Source: Diplonema japonicum
Taxonomy: Eukaryota; Protista; Euglenozoa: Diplonemea
Direction: 5' to 3'
Assembly: GCA_964019335.1 (NCBI GenBank)
Contig: OZ025649.1
Span: 248,001-312,000, forward strand
Length of the DNA: 64,000 bases
Shown here one piece after another: positions 50,041 to 58,987 of the stretch; within the stretch, counting starts at the first letter, position 1, and each line of letters begins with the position of its first letter. The translations under genes were made by a program, and so were the position numbers. The notes under the pieces were generated by a model. The model ran no database searches and was not told the origin of the DNA. It saw only the letters and a list, made by a program, of their open reading frames with translations.

Positions 50041-50387
50041 AGGAAGTCGCGGGTGCAGGCAACCATCCCACCGACCAGTCCTCTTACGATGTGGACCCAA
50101 GCAAGAAGCATGCTGCGTTGACTGATTGGAAAGAGACCCAATACTGGTCCAGCATGTCTGAGTTCACCGATGGTGCTCCGAGTGATTTGGAAGGTGCGCT
50201 CCCCTCGCGTATCTACCAATGGGAGAACGAGACTAAAGGCCAAGTCAAGCTCCAGACTGCATCTGACTCCCCTCACAGCGCCCCCACTTCTTCGACTCAC
50301 AGAGGCAAAGGTAAAAAACTCTCCAAGTGGATCAAACCTGAGGAGTCGCTTACCCGTTCCATGGAGGCACCTTCGATGAAGGAGTAG
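49211..50387 (+). CDS. NDUFA5: Complex I accessory subunit NDUFA5 (B13) with long extensions
   Basis: TTGMAGVAV...LYSTILNDLKMIPEDNVYR...IGLGQVEQLI..A.DE..L.....EWKLW matches the NDUFA5 pattern; poly-A intron 49997-50042. Confidence 0.88.
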
Positions 50388-51058
50388 AGTAGGATGACGG
50401 GAAAAAAATGTTTTTTTTTGTTCAAAGTGTTTTTTTTTTTCTCCCCCTTTTTTTTTTACTACCACGGTTAAGAAACGATTCCACCCCATTTTTTCTCCCT
50501 CCGCTTTTCCCTCACCACCTGCTCACCATGCGTTGAGGGGTTTGGAGTGCAAAAAAAAAAGAGAAGAGAACGAAAAGAAAAAAGAGGAAATAATCCCCTT
50601 TCAAGCACTGTGCTTGATGACACACAGAGATCTGTTGGGGAGGTGCAGCATACGTTGGGAGGAGGGAAGCGGGAGGAAAGAAAAAAGTGGGGGAGGGAAA
50701 GGGGGGGGGGGGGGGGAGAAGTCTTTTCTCTTGTATAAATATAGTGTAGTTTTTTATTTTAAGTTCGGTACTTCCTGCAGTGTCTTCTTTTCCCCCCCGT
50801 CCCCTTTCACTACACATACTTTCTAAAGAAAGGTCCCTCGTGAATCGTTCTCTTATTTATTTATTTATTGATTTCCAAAAACTCGTCAGAAAAAGAAGGG
50901 AAAAAAAAAAAAAAAAAGCTCTTTCTTTCCCCTTCCCCGTTGTCCCCTTCCCCAATTCTACGTCCATCCCCGTCCCGTCCCGCCCCGTACTGTTATTATT
51001 TAGTGGTTTCTATATTTCCTTTTCGTCGTACTTCTTTGAAGGAGGTTGTTGTTTCAAG

Positions 51059-52381
51059 ATGCAAGGCGGCGTCCTATTCATCGCCGGCACCATCGGGCGT
51101 GGGGGCAGACAGCTCGCCCATGTCCGTCCAAAGAGCGCTGTGGACGCTGCAGGAGATTGCGCGTTTTTTGCCGAGGTTGACTTTGAGGGTTCGCAGGTTA
51201 TGGTGACAAAGGTAGCGGCAGATCACGGTGTGTTTGCCTGTTTGGACGAAGAAGGTGCCCTGTGGGCATGGGCCTCGCAGCCCTTTGGTCCCGTGCAGAA
51301 CACCCCGCGGAAGATACCTGCAGCCGCTGCCATCGACGTTGCAGTGGGTGGTACGTTCGTTGCCTTGGTGCACCATGATGGAACCGCCACCGCCATCACC
51401 GCCAAGGGCCCCATCCCCATCGCCACAGCCGAACCCGCCACTCGCTGCGACGCTGCTCACAACACGCTCTTCATCCTCGCAGGCACTGCTCTCTATCAAC
51501 TCCAAGCACCTACCTTCTCTACCCCCACGCCTCTCACACACAGTGATGCCCCTGTCCACGTCTCAAACTTCAGCTGCGGAAGCATACACAGCGCCGCCTG
51601 TACTCCCACAGGCGATCTCTACACATGGGGGTTCAACCAGTCTGGATGCCTTGGGACGGGGAACAGGTCTGCAAAGTATAGCTTCGAGAAACCCTACAAA
51701 GTCGAGATGTTCGGTGGCGAGACTGAACGGCAGGCGGTGTCTGTCGGCTGCACTAAGGGACAGCCCATGGTGGCGTCGTCGAAGGGCACAGGGCAGGAGG
51801 GGCCGAGGACCCATGTCGTGACACGAGACGGGAGGCTGTACATCGCAGGGACGACGCACAAGGGGATGGGCGCTGATCATATGCACAAAACATTCATGCC
51901 GAAGAGTGACCACCTCACGTTTTACATGGTAGGGGGAAAGGCGGCTGATGTCAGTGTGAGCCCACCTGTGCCCACAGGTGCGGCAGAAGACTTTGCCACA
52001 CAACCGGAACTGGCGACAGCACGGATGGGCATGGGGGGGCCACAAGTGTTTGGTGCAAAGGGACACACGGGGTACTTGTCGGGAGCAAGTATGGTGAGCA
52101 GCACCCCTGCACACATCCACTCCGCCGCCTTGTCAGCCAAAGGGGAGCTCTTCACCTGGGGGTGCGGCTCTAATGGCCGCACGGGTCTGGCCGCCTTCTT
52201 GAGAGGCCCTGGTGGTTCCAAGCGCACGATGAAATGCTATGTCTCTACCCCCTCACGCGTGGAGTCGCTGGAGAACTACCGTGTCCTCTCCTACGCTGTC
52301 GGGCGGTGGTGGACCCTCGCCATCGTCGACCCCGCAAGCCTCCCAAAAAAGAGACGGTCCTCCGCCAGACAGCCATCCTAA
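51059..52381 (+). CDS. RCC1/BLIP-II repeat beta-propeller protein
   Basis: SCGSIHSAACTPTGDLYTWGFNQSGCLG and HSAALSAKGELFTWGCGSNGRTG repeats. Confidence 0.85.
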   Translation: MQGGVLFIAGTIGRGGRQLAHVRPKSAVDAAGDCAFFAEVDFEGSQVMVTKVAADHGVFACLDEEGALWAWASQPFGPVQNTPRKIPAAAAIDVAVGGTFVALVHHDGTATAITAKGPIPIATAEPATRCDAAHNTLFILAGTALYQLQAPTFSTPTPLTHSDAPVHVSNFSCGSIHSAACTPTGDLYTWGFNQSGCLGTGNRSAKYSFEKPYKVEMFGGETERQAVSVGCTKGQPMVASSKGTGQEGPRTHVVTRDGRLYIAGTTHKGMGADHMHKTFMPKSDHLTFYMVGGKAADVSVSPPVPTGAAEDFATQPELATARMGMGGPQVFGAKGHTGYLSGASMVSSTPAHIHSAALSAKGELFTWGCGSNGRTGLAAFLRGPGGSKRTMKCYVSTPSRVESLENYRVLSYAVGRWWTLAIVDPASLPKKRRSSARQPS

Positions 52382-52866
52382 GGAAATAAACAAAAAAATC
52401 CAATAAAATAAATAAAAAATAAAGATATAAAAAAAAAAATAGCTCCCTGATCCCTAGCCTACCTTCTGGATCGTCTCCGATTTTGGGTGTTTGGTGGACG
52501 GGTTTGACTTATTATTTTTCACGATTTTCACCCGCCCATAAGTTCTTTTTTTTTCTTTTTCTTTTTGTTAAGGCGCTTAGCGAGAACCCGCCACCCTTCC
52601 TGAACGGGTCCGCTAAAATGAATTATTCTGCCGCTTTTTTTCTTCTTTTTTTTTTCCTTTTCTTTTTTGTTCCTTTTATTATTATTTTTTTTTTTTTTTA
52701 TATTTATTATTCGCCACAACAGAAGTAACTAACTCGCCAAGGTTTTTCTCTTTTCATTTTCCTTCTTCTTTTTTTTTTTCGCTTCTGAATTTTCTGAATT
52801 TCTTTTGTTTCTTGCATCATATTTCTCTTGAAACATCTACTAATGGCACAGGTAGGAACAAAAGCA

Positions 52867-54342
52867 ATGGCAGAAGAGACTCAGCTCGAGTTCTTCACAG
52901 AGGTCTACCCTACTATAGATCCTGTGATCGTAAGGGATGTGTGCCAGACGTTGGGTTACGATCCGGATAAAATTCAAGAAGCGCTGCTAAACATGGGGGA
53001 AACGGGACAGGGGGCTGGTAGGAGCCAACCACAAAGTCAAGGTTTGACAGACGCACCACAGCAAGGATCGATCGGTGCATGGGACGCATCAGAGGAACGC
53101 CTTAGACAAGAGGCACAGCGACGACAACGGGAGACCGCAGGGTTCATGGACAGCTTAGCGGAAGATGAATGGCAGCAAGAACGGGAATCCAATAAGCTGT
53201 CAGGCAAAACATTTCAAGTGCAGCATCCCACAAGAGTCTTCCAAGTTACCTTCCAACCGAATTTCACTGTGGTGTCCCCTGATGTCACTTTCAATGGTGG
53301 TACGTGGGCCAGCTCTGCACTGTATGGGACCGTCAGCTGGAAGAACAGGGATGTTACTTTTGAGCTGCAGGAAGTCCCCAACACACCCGACCTCACCTAT
53401 GTTATCGTGAACTCCACTACAAGCTTCCAGATCAGGCTTGTCCACATCTCCAATGATCAGCTGCGCCCCACGGCACCGCCCGTCGTTGACATGATAGATG
53501 AAAGCAGGCAGGGTGCCGTTCCTCCTCCTCTTACACCGCCTGTTGAGCCCCCTGCATCTGTAACCCCTCCTGTGACGCCGCCTCATGGGGCCACGCGGAC
53601 AGCAGCCGAGCAAAGGGAGAAGGAAAAAAAACACAAAAAAGAGAAGAAAGAGAAAAAAGAAAAGAAAGACAGTGGCTGGTTTGGGTGGTTATCGCTTGGT
53701 GCCCAACGCCCGTCCACAAGCCCTGCGATAAGCCCAACAAGCAGTCCACCGTTAGAACCTCAGCCGGCTCCGACTCCAGTTCCAGATCCGGCCCCGGCTC
53801 CAGCTCCGGCTCCAGCTCCGGCTCCGGCACTGGCCCCTGCAGTTCCATCTCGTGCAGCAGTTCAAGCACCTGCAGCGCAGGCACCGAAGCCGGAAGTGAG
53901 TGAACCGCAAGAGGCAGCAGCACCGGCACCGACTGTGAAGGAGGACCCTGCTATGGTAGGACTGTTCGATCAGAGGGACATTAACACTAAGCAGGTGGAG
54001 CAGGACTTCAAAGCAATGATGACGAGCTATGAGGGCGTCAAGGCAGAGAAGGAAGAAGACACGAGCAAAGCTGCTGTGCAGGCTCCTGACTTCGATGCCG
54101 TCTTCGGGAGGTACTTGCTGTCCTCCGGCCTCCCTGAGAATGTCAAGCCGAAGGAAGAACGAAAACCCGTGCAGCCATCTGCTAAGGTGGAGCCACAGTT
54201 TACCCCTGCGGCACCTGAACCCAAACCTGAACGCACCCCAGAACCACACGCTACGCACTTCAAGGCAAATGTAGAACCTCCCAAACAAAAAGCGCAGCAG
54301 CAGCCACCTTCGTTTGATGATATGCTGAAGTCTTTTATGTGA
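52867..54342 (+). CDS. CUE-domain protein with Pro/Ala-rich C-terminus
   Basis: QLEFFTEVYPTIDPVIVRDVC.......IQEALLNM fits CUE (FP-like YP ... LL). ATG at 52867 follows an AG acceptor at 52850-52851. Confidence 0.7.
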   Translation: MAEETQLEFFTEVYPTIDPVIVRDVCQTLGYDPDKIQEALLNMGETGQGAGRSQPQSQGLTDAPQQGSIGAWDASEERLRQEAQRRQRETAGFMDSLAEDEWQQERESNKLSGKTFQVQHPTRVFQVTFQPNFTVVSPDVTFNGGTWASSALYGTVSWKNRDVTFELQEVPNTPDLTYVIVNSTTSFQIRLVHISNDQLRPTAPPVVDMIDESRQGAVPPPLTPPVEPPASVTPPVTPPHGATRTAAEQREKEKKHKKEKKEKKEKKDSGWFGWLSLGAQRPSTSPAISPTSSPPLEPQPAPTPVPDPAPAPAPAPAPAPALAPAVPSRAAVQAPAAQAPKPEVSEPQEAAAPAPTVKEDPAMVGLFDQRDINTKQVEQDFKAMMTSYEGVKAEKEEDTSKAAVQAPDFDAVFGRYLLSSGLPENVKPKEERKPVQPSAKVEPQFTPAAPEPKPERTPEPHATHFKANVEPPKQKAQQQPPSFDDMLKSFM

Positions 54343-54428
54343 TTCATACGGTTGGGTTTCTCCCCTTCTCCTCCCCAATGATCAGTTCTGTGTGTGTGTG
54401 TGTGTTCTTTTGTCGTTTCCTTTTTTAG

Positions 54429-54858
54429 AGGGCCGTTGGCACAATCATAACTTTCTTTTTTATTTCACACTTGTTTTTTTCCCTCCATCGGGCTTCTTTA
54501 TCCAACGGGTGCAGCTGAAGGACGGAACACTAGCTTTTTTTTTTTTTTTTTTCTTTTTTTTTTTTTTTTTCCAGCTGAAATGACAGCTGACCTGGAGAGG
54601 CAATATCCGATGGGCTTAGCTAACAAGGCAGTAGGTGCCTGCATGCAGAAGGTGATGGTTTGTGCAATATCCTGCTCACTAATACCAATAGGGTGGTGCA
54701 TCGTAGCCAACCCTTCCCCATAGTGATTTTTTTTATTATTATATTATTTTTATTTTGTAAGGACGATACAAGGAAAGACGGAAAAAAAGGGTGGAAAGGC
54801 TACGATGAACAAAACAAGGAGCGGCAACAGAAAGAGGGCACTACAACTAACGACTGTT

Positions 54859-54906
<48 letters not shown>

Positions 54907-55783
54907 ATTGTTGGGTTCATTCTTCTTACAGCAGTAAAGGCATCTCAGTAGTGCTTTTTTTTCCCTTCTTTTTTTTTCTTTTTTTTTCTTCTTCTTTTCT
55001 TCTTTTTTCTCCTCGCTCTTTTTTTTCCTTTTTTCGTTTTGAGTGGTTTGTGGCATCACTGCGGTACCTGCAGCCGAAACGGCAACACCACTGGTGGTAA
55101 GGAAATAGGCTAGGGTGTGTCCCTAACAGAGGGTATGTCAGGTGGCACACTCTAACCTATTTTCTTACCAAGGGGGTGTGAGGTATAAATAGGCCCAATA
55201 AATAAAAAAAAAAGGCACCGTTTCCGGTAACAAAGAAACCGCAGTCATACACCCATAGAATGTGCTTAGAAAGGTTGCACCATAGCAGTTTTTTTCTTCT
55301 TTTTTTTCTTCAGTGTTTTTCTCCAAGGGGGGGGCTGGGAGGGGTTTTTTTTTGTCATTTTTTGTGTTTGTGAAAGGAGAAAAAAAAAAACGCAACTTTT
55401 TTGGCTTTCCTAACCTGCCTACTGGTGCAGTTGATGTGGGCGTGCGTTCTCTGTTCTGACGCTAATCCTGACCCAACTGCAGCCGGCTTGGCCAATATGT
55501 GCTCGATAGGCTGATACGACAAAGGTCGCTAGGAACAGCTAGGAACCATTTTTTATTCAGAAGCTCATCGATAGATTTGGAGCTCAAAACAAAACCCGCC
55601 CCGATCCTGGAAAAAGCACTGTTCTTCAGCAACCCCCCCCCCAAAGAAAAAAACGGTTTTTTATTGTTATTTTCTTCACCACTGTTTCCTAGCTATTATC
55701 CTCCCCTCGTCCCCTCCTTTTTCTTTTCCCTGAAGGTCAGTGAGCTGACCAGTAGGACCTTTCCAAACCTAACATCATAGCCA
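54429..55783 (+). ncRNA. Candidate large structured non-coding RNA (identity unknown; telomerase RNA is a hypothesis)
   Basis: No credible ORF. More than 12 mutually compatible helices with G-U pairs mostly favouring the + strand; poly-T/poly-A tracts fall mainly in loops; pyrimidine-tract AG at 54427-54428. Confidence 0.55.
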
Positions 55784-55966
55784 TTGTCTGTTCTTGATTT
55801 TATATTGTCGCTGCGTTCCTGTTCCCTGTTCTCTGTACTTACTTCCTGTCTCCCCCTTATTTATTGTGAGTCTTGATTCTTACCCCTCACTCTGGTTCTT
55901 AAAGAACATCTTACGTATTTCTTTTCTTTGTCCTTGCAGCACTCCATCACAGGGGATGACAGCAAC

Positions 55967-58885
55967 ATGTCAGGCCTTGAGGACACAATGCTCTCTGCGG
56001 ATGATGGTGTCCCGCAGCTTCTGAAGGCCCTGCAAGGGGGTGTGGAACATGAAGACGAGCCTGGATCGTGGGAGCCAGTGGAGGGCTTTCGTATTGGGTT
56101 GGAAGGGGCAGAGGTGGAGGAGGTACTTAGTGGGATCCGGCTGGCCACAGTCGAGTCTCCAGACAGTCTTTTTAATCATCGAAAAACGCTGAAAGCGATC
56201 GAACAACAGGTCAGGAATGTAGCCCCCCCTGCAGACGAGCCACTGCAACATGACACTGCGCTCACGCGTAAGGTGCGGGCTGGACTGAGCCAACTGAACC
56301 TTCCCTCTGGGATGCCGCCCCATGGAGAGCCTGTCTCCGGTATCTCTGATGTTCTTCCAGAACTGTTGAAGAGGAAGTTCACTGTCGTGCGAGCCCCCCA
56401 CACCACTGTCCACCAGCAAGTGGAACACCACAGCTACAAGCACAACGACCGAGTGGTTGGTCTGATGAAAAACTTACTCGGCTCTGAGGCTGCTGTGGCT
56501 CGTAACGAAGTGTTATCTACCCCGCACATCCCTGGCCCACTGCCTGCCCGCCCACTTCCCACAAAGCTCTACACCGTCTCGGACCATTCCTCTGTTCATA
56601 AGCAGCCCGAACCCGTCGCAACTGCCTTTAACCTGCCGCCACCCCTAGCCCCTTCCCTTGACGTGGTCACCTCTGAGTCGTTATTAGTGAAAAAGGGACC
56701 ACCAGAGGTACAGCAAGCACTTCAACCAGCTCCCCAACAGCAACAGCAACAGCACACAGTGTTCATCAAAGCTGAACCACAGGAGGTAAGGGTTGTGCAG
56801 GAGCAACAGGTATCTGCACCCGACCAGGGGCTGGCGGACCTTGTACATATTTTGAAAGACATTTCTGGGAAGCTCGATGTGACGAAGCGAGAGGGTGGTG
56901 AGACGAGAAAGCGAGCGAAGCGGAGCCTGACGGCAGGTGTGGGAGTGCTGCGGAGGTTGAGTATTACAAGGTTGCTACAAAGGTACTACCTCAAGCTAAG
57001 GACTTGGTCAAGAAAACCCTCGGAAAGCGTGGTGCAGACTGCAGGCGAGGTGCGTCGGAGGAACAGAGGGAACGTCAAGCAGTTCGTGTACATGCTGAAA
57101 CTGGAAGGAGACAGGAGGACGCTGCGGCAGTTCTTCACAAAGCTTGTGAGATGGGCAGGGTGGCGGCTGGCAGGGAAAAAAAACTTTAGAGAAAAGCTGA
57201 GGATATCTGTGGTGCTGCGAAAGGCTTCCGAACGCCTGGTGCGGAGTAGGTACTATGCAAAGGTACGGGGCTTCCGAAGGCCTGGGAAGCGCGTTGAAGC
57301 ACTGCTGAGAGATCACAGGAACATGACAGAAGCAGGAACACAGCACACCACGAACCCCATCACACATCGCACAGTACATGCACCGAACACACTGAGGCGG
57401 ACAGGACAGGGTCTGCTAAACAAGCATGGTACCGGCCCTATTCCTGTTACCAGAACTGGCGACGGAGGACATAAGATGCTCAGCGGCTTCATGGTGACAA
57501 AGCCCGATGCCGACCACCCGTACTTCGATCAGGAAGAGGCTGTTGCAGCTGAAGAAAAGCAAGACTTGTACCAGTCGCAACAACCCCCGTCGCAGGATTT
57601 TGTGGAGCACACTACCGCCACCACTACCACTACTACCACCACTGATATTGTTTACGAAATGCTTGCGCAGCAAGTAGTCACAGGTGTTGTGAAGCGACGT
57701 CTGAACGTGAGAACTCCTTTAAAAGTGAATGCACCCAGCGCAGGGGTGCCATCTAACCAGAAGATGTCCAACCTGAAGATCGAGCAGTACATCGAACACC
57801 ACAACGCTGTGAACGCATCTACACTAAGCCACAAAGAGGTCAAGGACGCTGCCAGGAAGGTCCTTACAAACTATGTATTAGAGAAACGTCGGGGCACTGC
57901 CATGCGCAATGCTTTGCTGTCCAGTGCACCGGCAGCGCTTGCTGCAGTCGTCGTCGCGTGCTATCCTGTGGAGATTGAGAAAAGTGAGGGGAGTTTTGCA
58001 AGAATGCACAGTTCTCTGAAGGTAGAGGAGCTGTTCCTCACCATGATGCAAAAGTGGACTGAGAACGAGAAGACGCTCAAAAAGCTAGAAAGCGAAGAGA
58101 CAGCGCAGCGGTGTGCAGTTGCTTCTGAAGTTTGTGAGTTTCATGAATTTCTTGCTAGACTAGCTCTTTACAGGAGTCAAGCAGGCAAGCAGCAGAATTT
58201 GCGCAAGCAGTTCTTACACGACACCGAGCTGGTCCATAGGCGGAGCATTGTGCTCCTCTACGCGAGGGCATGGGACAACATGTGGTCGAGTTTCATCACA
58301 TCTACTACTAAGCAGCTGCTGATGCTATCAAAAACCAAAACCCTTCCAGCGGAAGCGTACAGGTCTCACGGGAGTCTGAGAAGGAGTGAAACAGCTCAGC
58401 CAGCATCAGTCGCAGGAGTGGCCGCCTCGCCCCATAGATGGCCCGAGGAGCTGCGAATGTATTATCGGAACGAGGACCACGTCGTTGTTGAGGATGTGAA
58501 GCTGAACCTGCGTGTGGAGGATGCGGCACCTGTCCCTGAGGAGGTGAAAATCAACTTGCGAGACGAAGACAAGATGGAAGCACCGCCTGTAGAGGACGTC
58601 CCGGTGCGGTACCGTGAGCAGCAATACCCAACACTGCCCTTGCAAGGTCCCATGGTCACTAGTGTGCCCGACCCTAGAATATCCCGGCTTGTCACTGATT
58701 GGTTTCAAGGACTGCCCCGCAACCCGACCCAAGTGCCCTCTGTGACTACAACACGTACGCAGCCATCCTCTCCCCCTGCACGCTCAGACACCAAGACCTC
58801 GATCAGCACAGCAGTCCCCTCCGACAAGCGGGAGTCCGAGACAACAGTGTCGGGCACGAGCTACACTGCATCACAAGGCGTGTAG
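55967..58885 (+). CDS. Hypothetical protein with basic helical repeats (R.YY.K..W-like) and low-complexity regions
   Basis: ~970-codon open frame; first ATG at 55967 after AG acceptors at ~55938-55952. Confidence 0.75.
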   Translation: MSGLEDTMLSADDGVPQLLKALQGGVEHEDEPGSWEPVEGFRIGLEGAEVEEVLSGIRLATVESPDSLFNHRKTLKAIEQQVRNVAPPADEPLQHDTALTRKVRAGLSQLNLPSGMPPHGEPVSGISDVLPELLKRKFTVVRAPHTTVHQQVEHHSYKHNDRVVGLMKNLLGSEAAVARNEVLSTPHIPGPLPARPLPTKLYTVSDHSSVHKQPEPVATAFNLPPPLAPSLDVVTSESLLVKKGPPEVQQALQPAPQQQQQQHTVFIKAEPQEVRVVQEQQVSAPDQGLADLVHILKDISGKLDVTKREGGETRKRAKRSLTAGVGVLRRLSITRLLQRYYLKLRTWSRKPSESVVQTAGEVRRRNRGNVKQFVYMLKLEGDRRTLRQFFTKLVRWAGWRLAGKKNFREKLRISVVLRKASERLVRSRYYAKVRGFRRPGKRVEALLRDHRNMTEAGTQHTTNPITHRTVHAPNTLRRTGQGLLNKHGTGPIPVTRTGDGGHKMLSGFMVTKPDADHPYFDQEEAVAAEEKQDLYQSQQPPSQDFVEHTTATTTTTTTTDIVYEMLAQQVVTGVVKRRLNVRTPLKVNAPSAGVPSNQKMSNLKIEQYIEHHNAVNASTLSHKEVKDAARKVLTNYVLEKRRGTAMRNALLSSAPAALAAVVVACYPVEIEKSEGSFARMHSSLKVEELFLTMMQKWTENEKTLKKLESEETAQRCAVASEVCEFHEFLARLALYRSQAGKQQNLRKQFLHDTELVHRRSIVLLYARAWDNMWSSFITSTTKQLLMLSKTKTLPAEAYRSHGSLRRSETAQPASVAGVAASPHRWPEELRMYYRNEDHVVVEDVKLNLRVEDAAPVPEEVKINLRDEDKMEAPPVEDVPVRYREQQYPTLPLQGPMVTSVPDPRISRLVTDWFQGLPRNPTQVPSVTTTRTQPSSPPARSDTKTSISTAVPSDKRESETTVSGTSYTASQGV

Positions 58886-58987
58886 GGATGCTTTAGTTCC
58901 CGTCAGCAGCCTCATTTTTATTGTTACGTCCACATGAAACATCTCACACAGGCTATCACTAATCTTTAAAAAAACCCAAATACTAAA

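Noticed and set aside
52577-52616. Isolated small hairpin (similar ones at ~14545-14564 and ~39711-39761)
   Set aside because: Single short stems without box motifs; could arise by chance in UTRs.
55040-55105. Cobalamin riboswitch or hammerhead ribozyme resemblance (CCACTG..GGTAAGG; GAAAC)
   Set aside because: Core consensus elements (B12 box context; CUGANGA) are missing.
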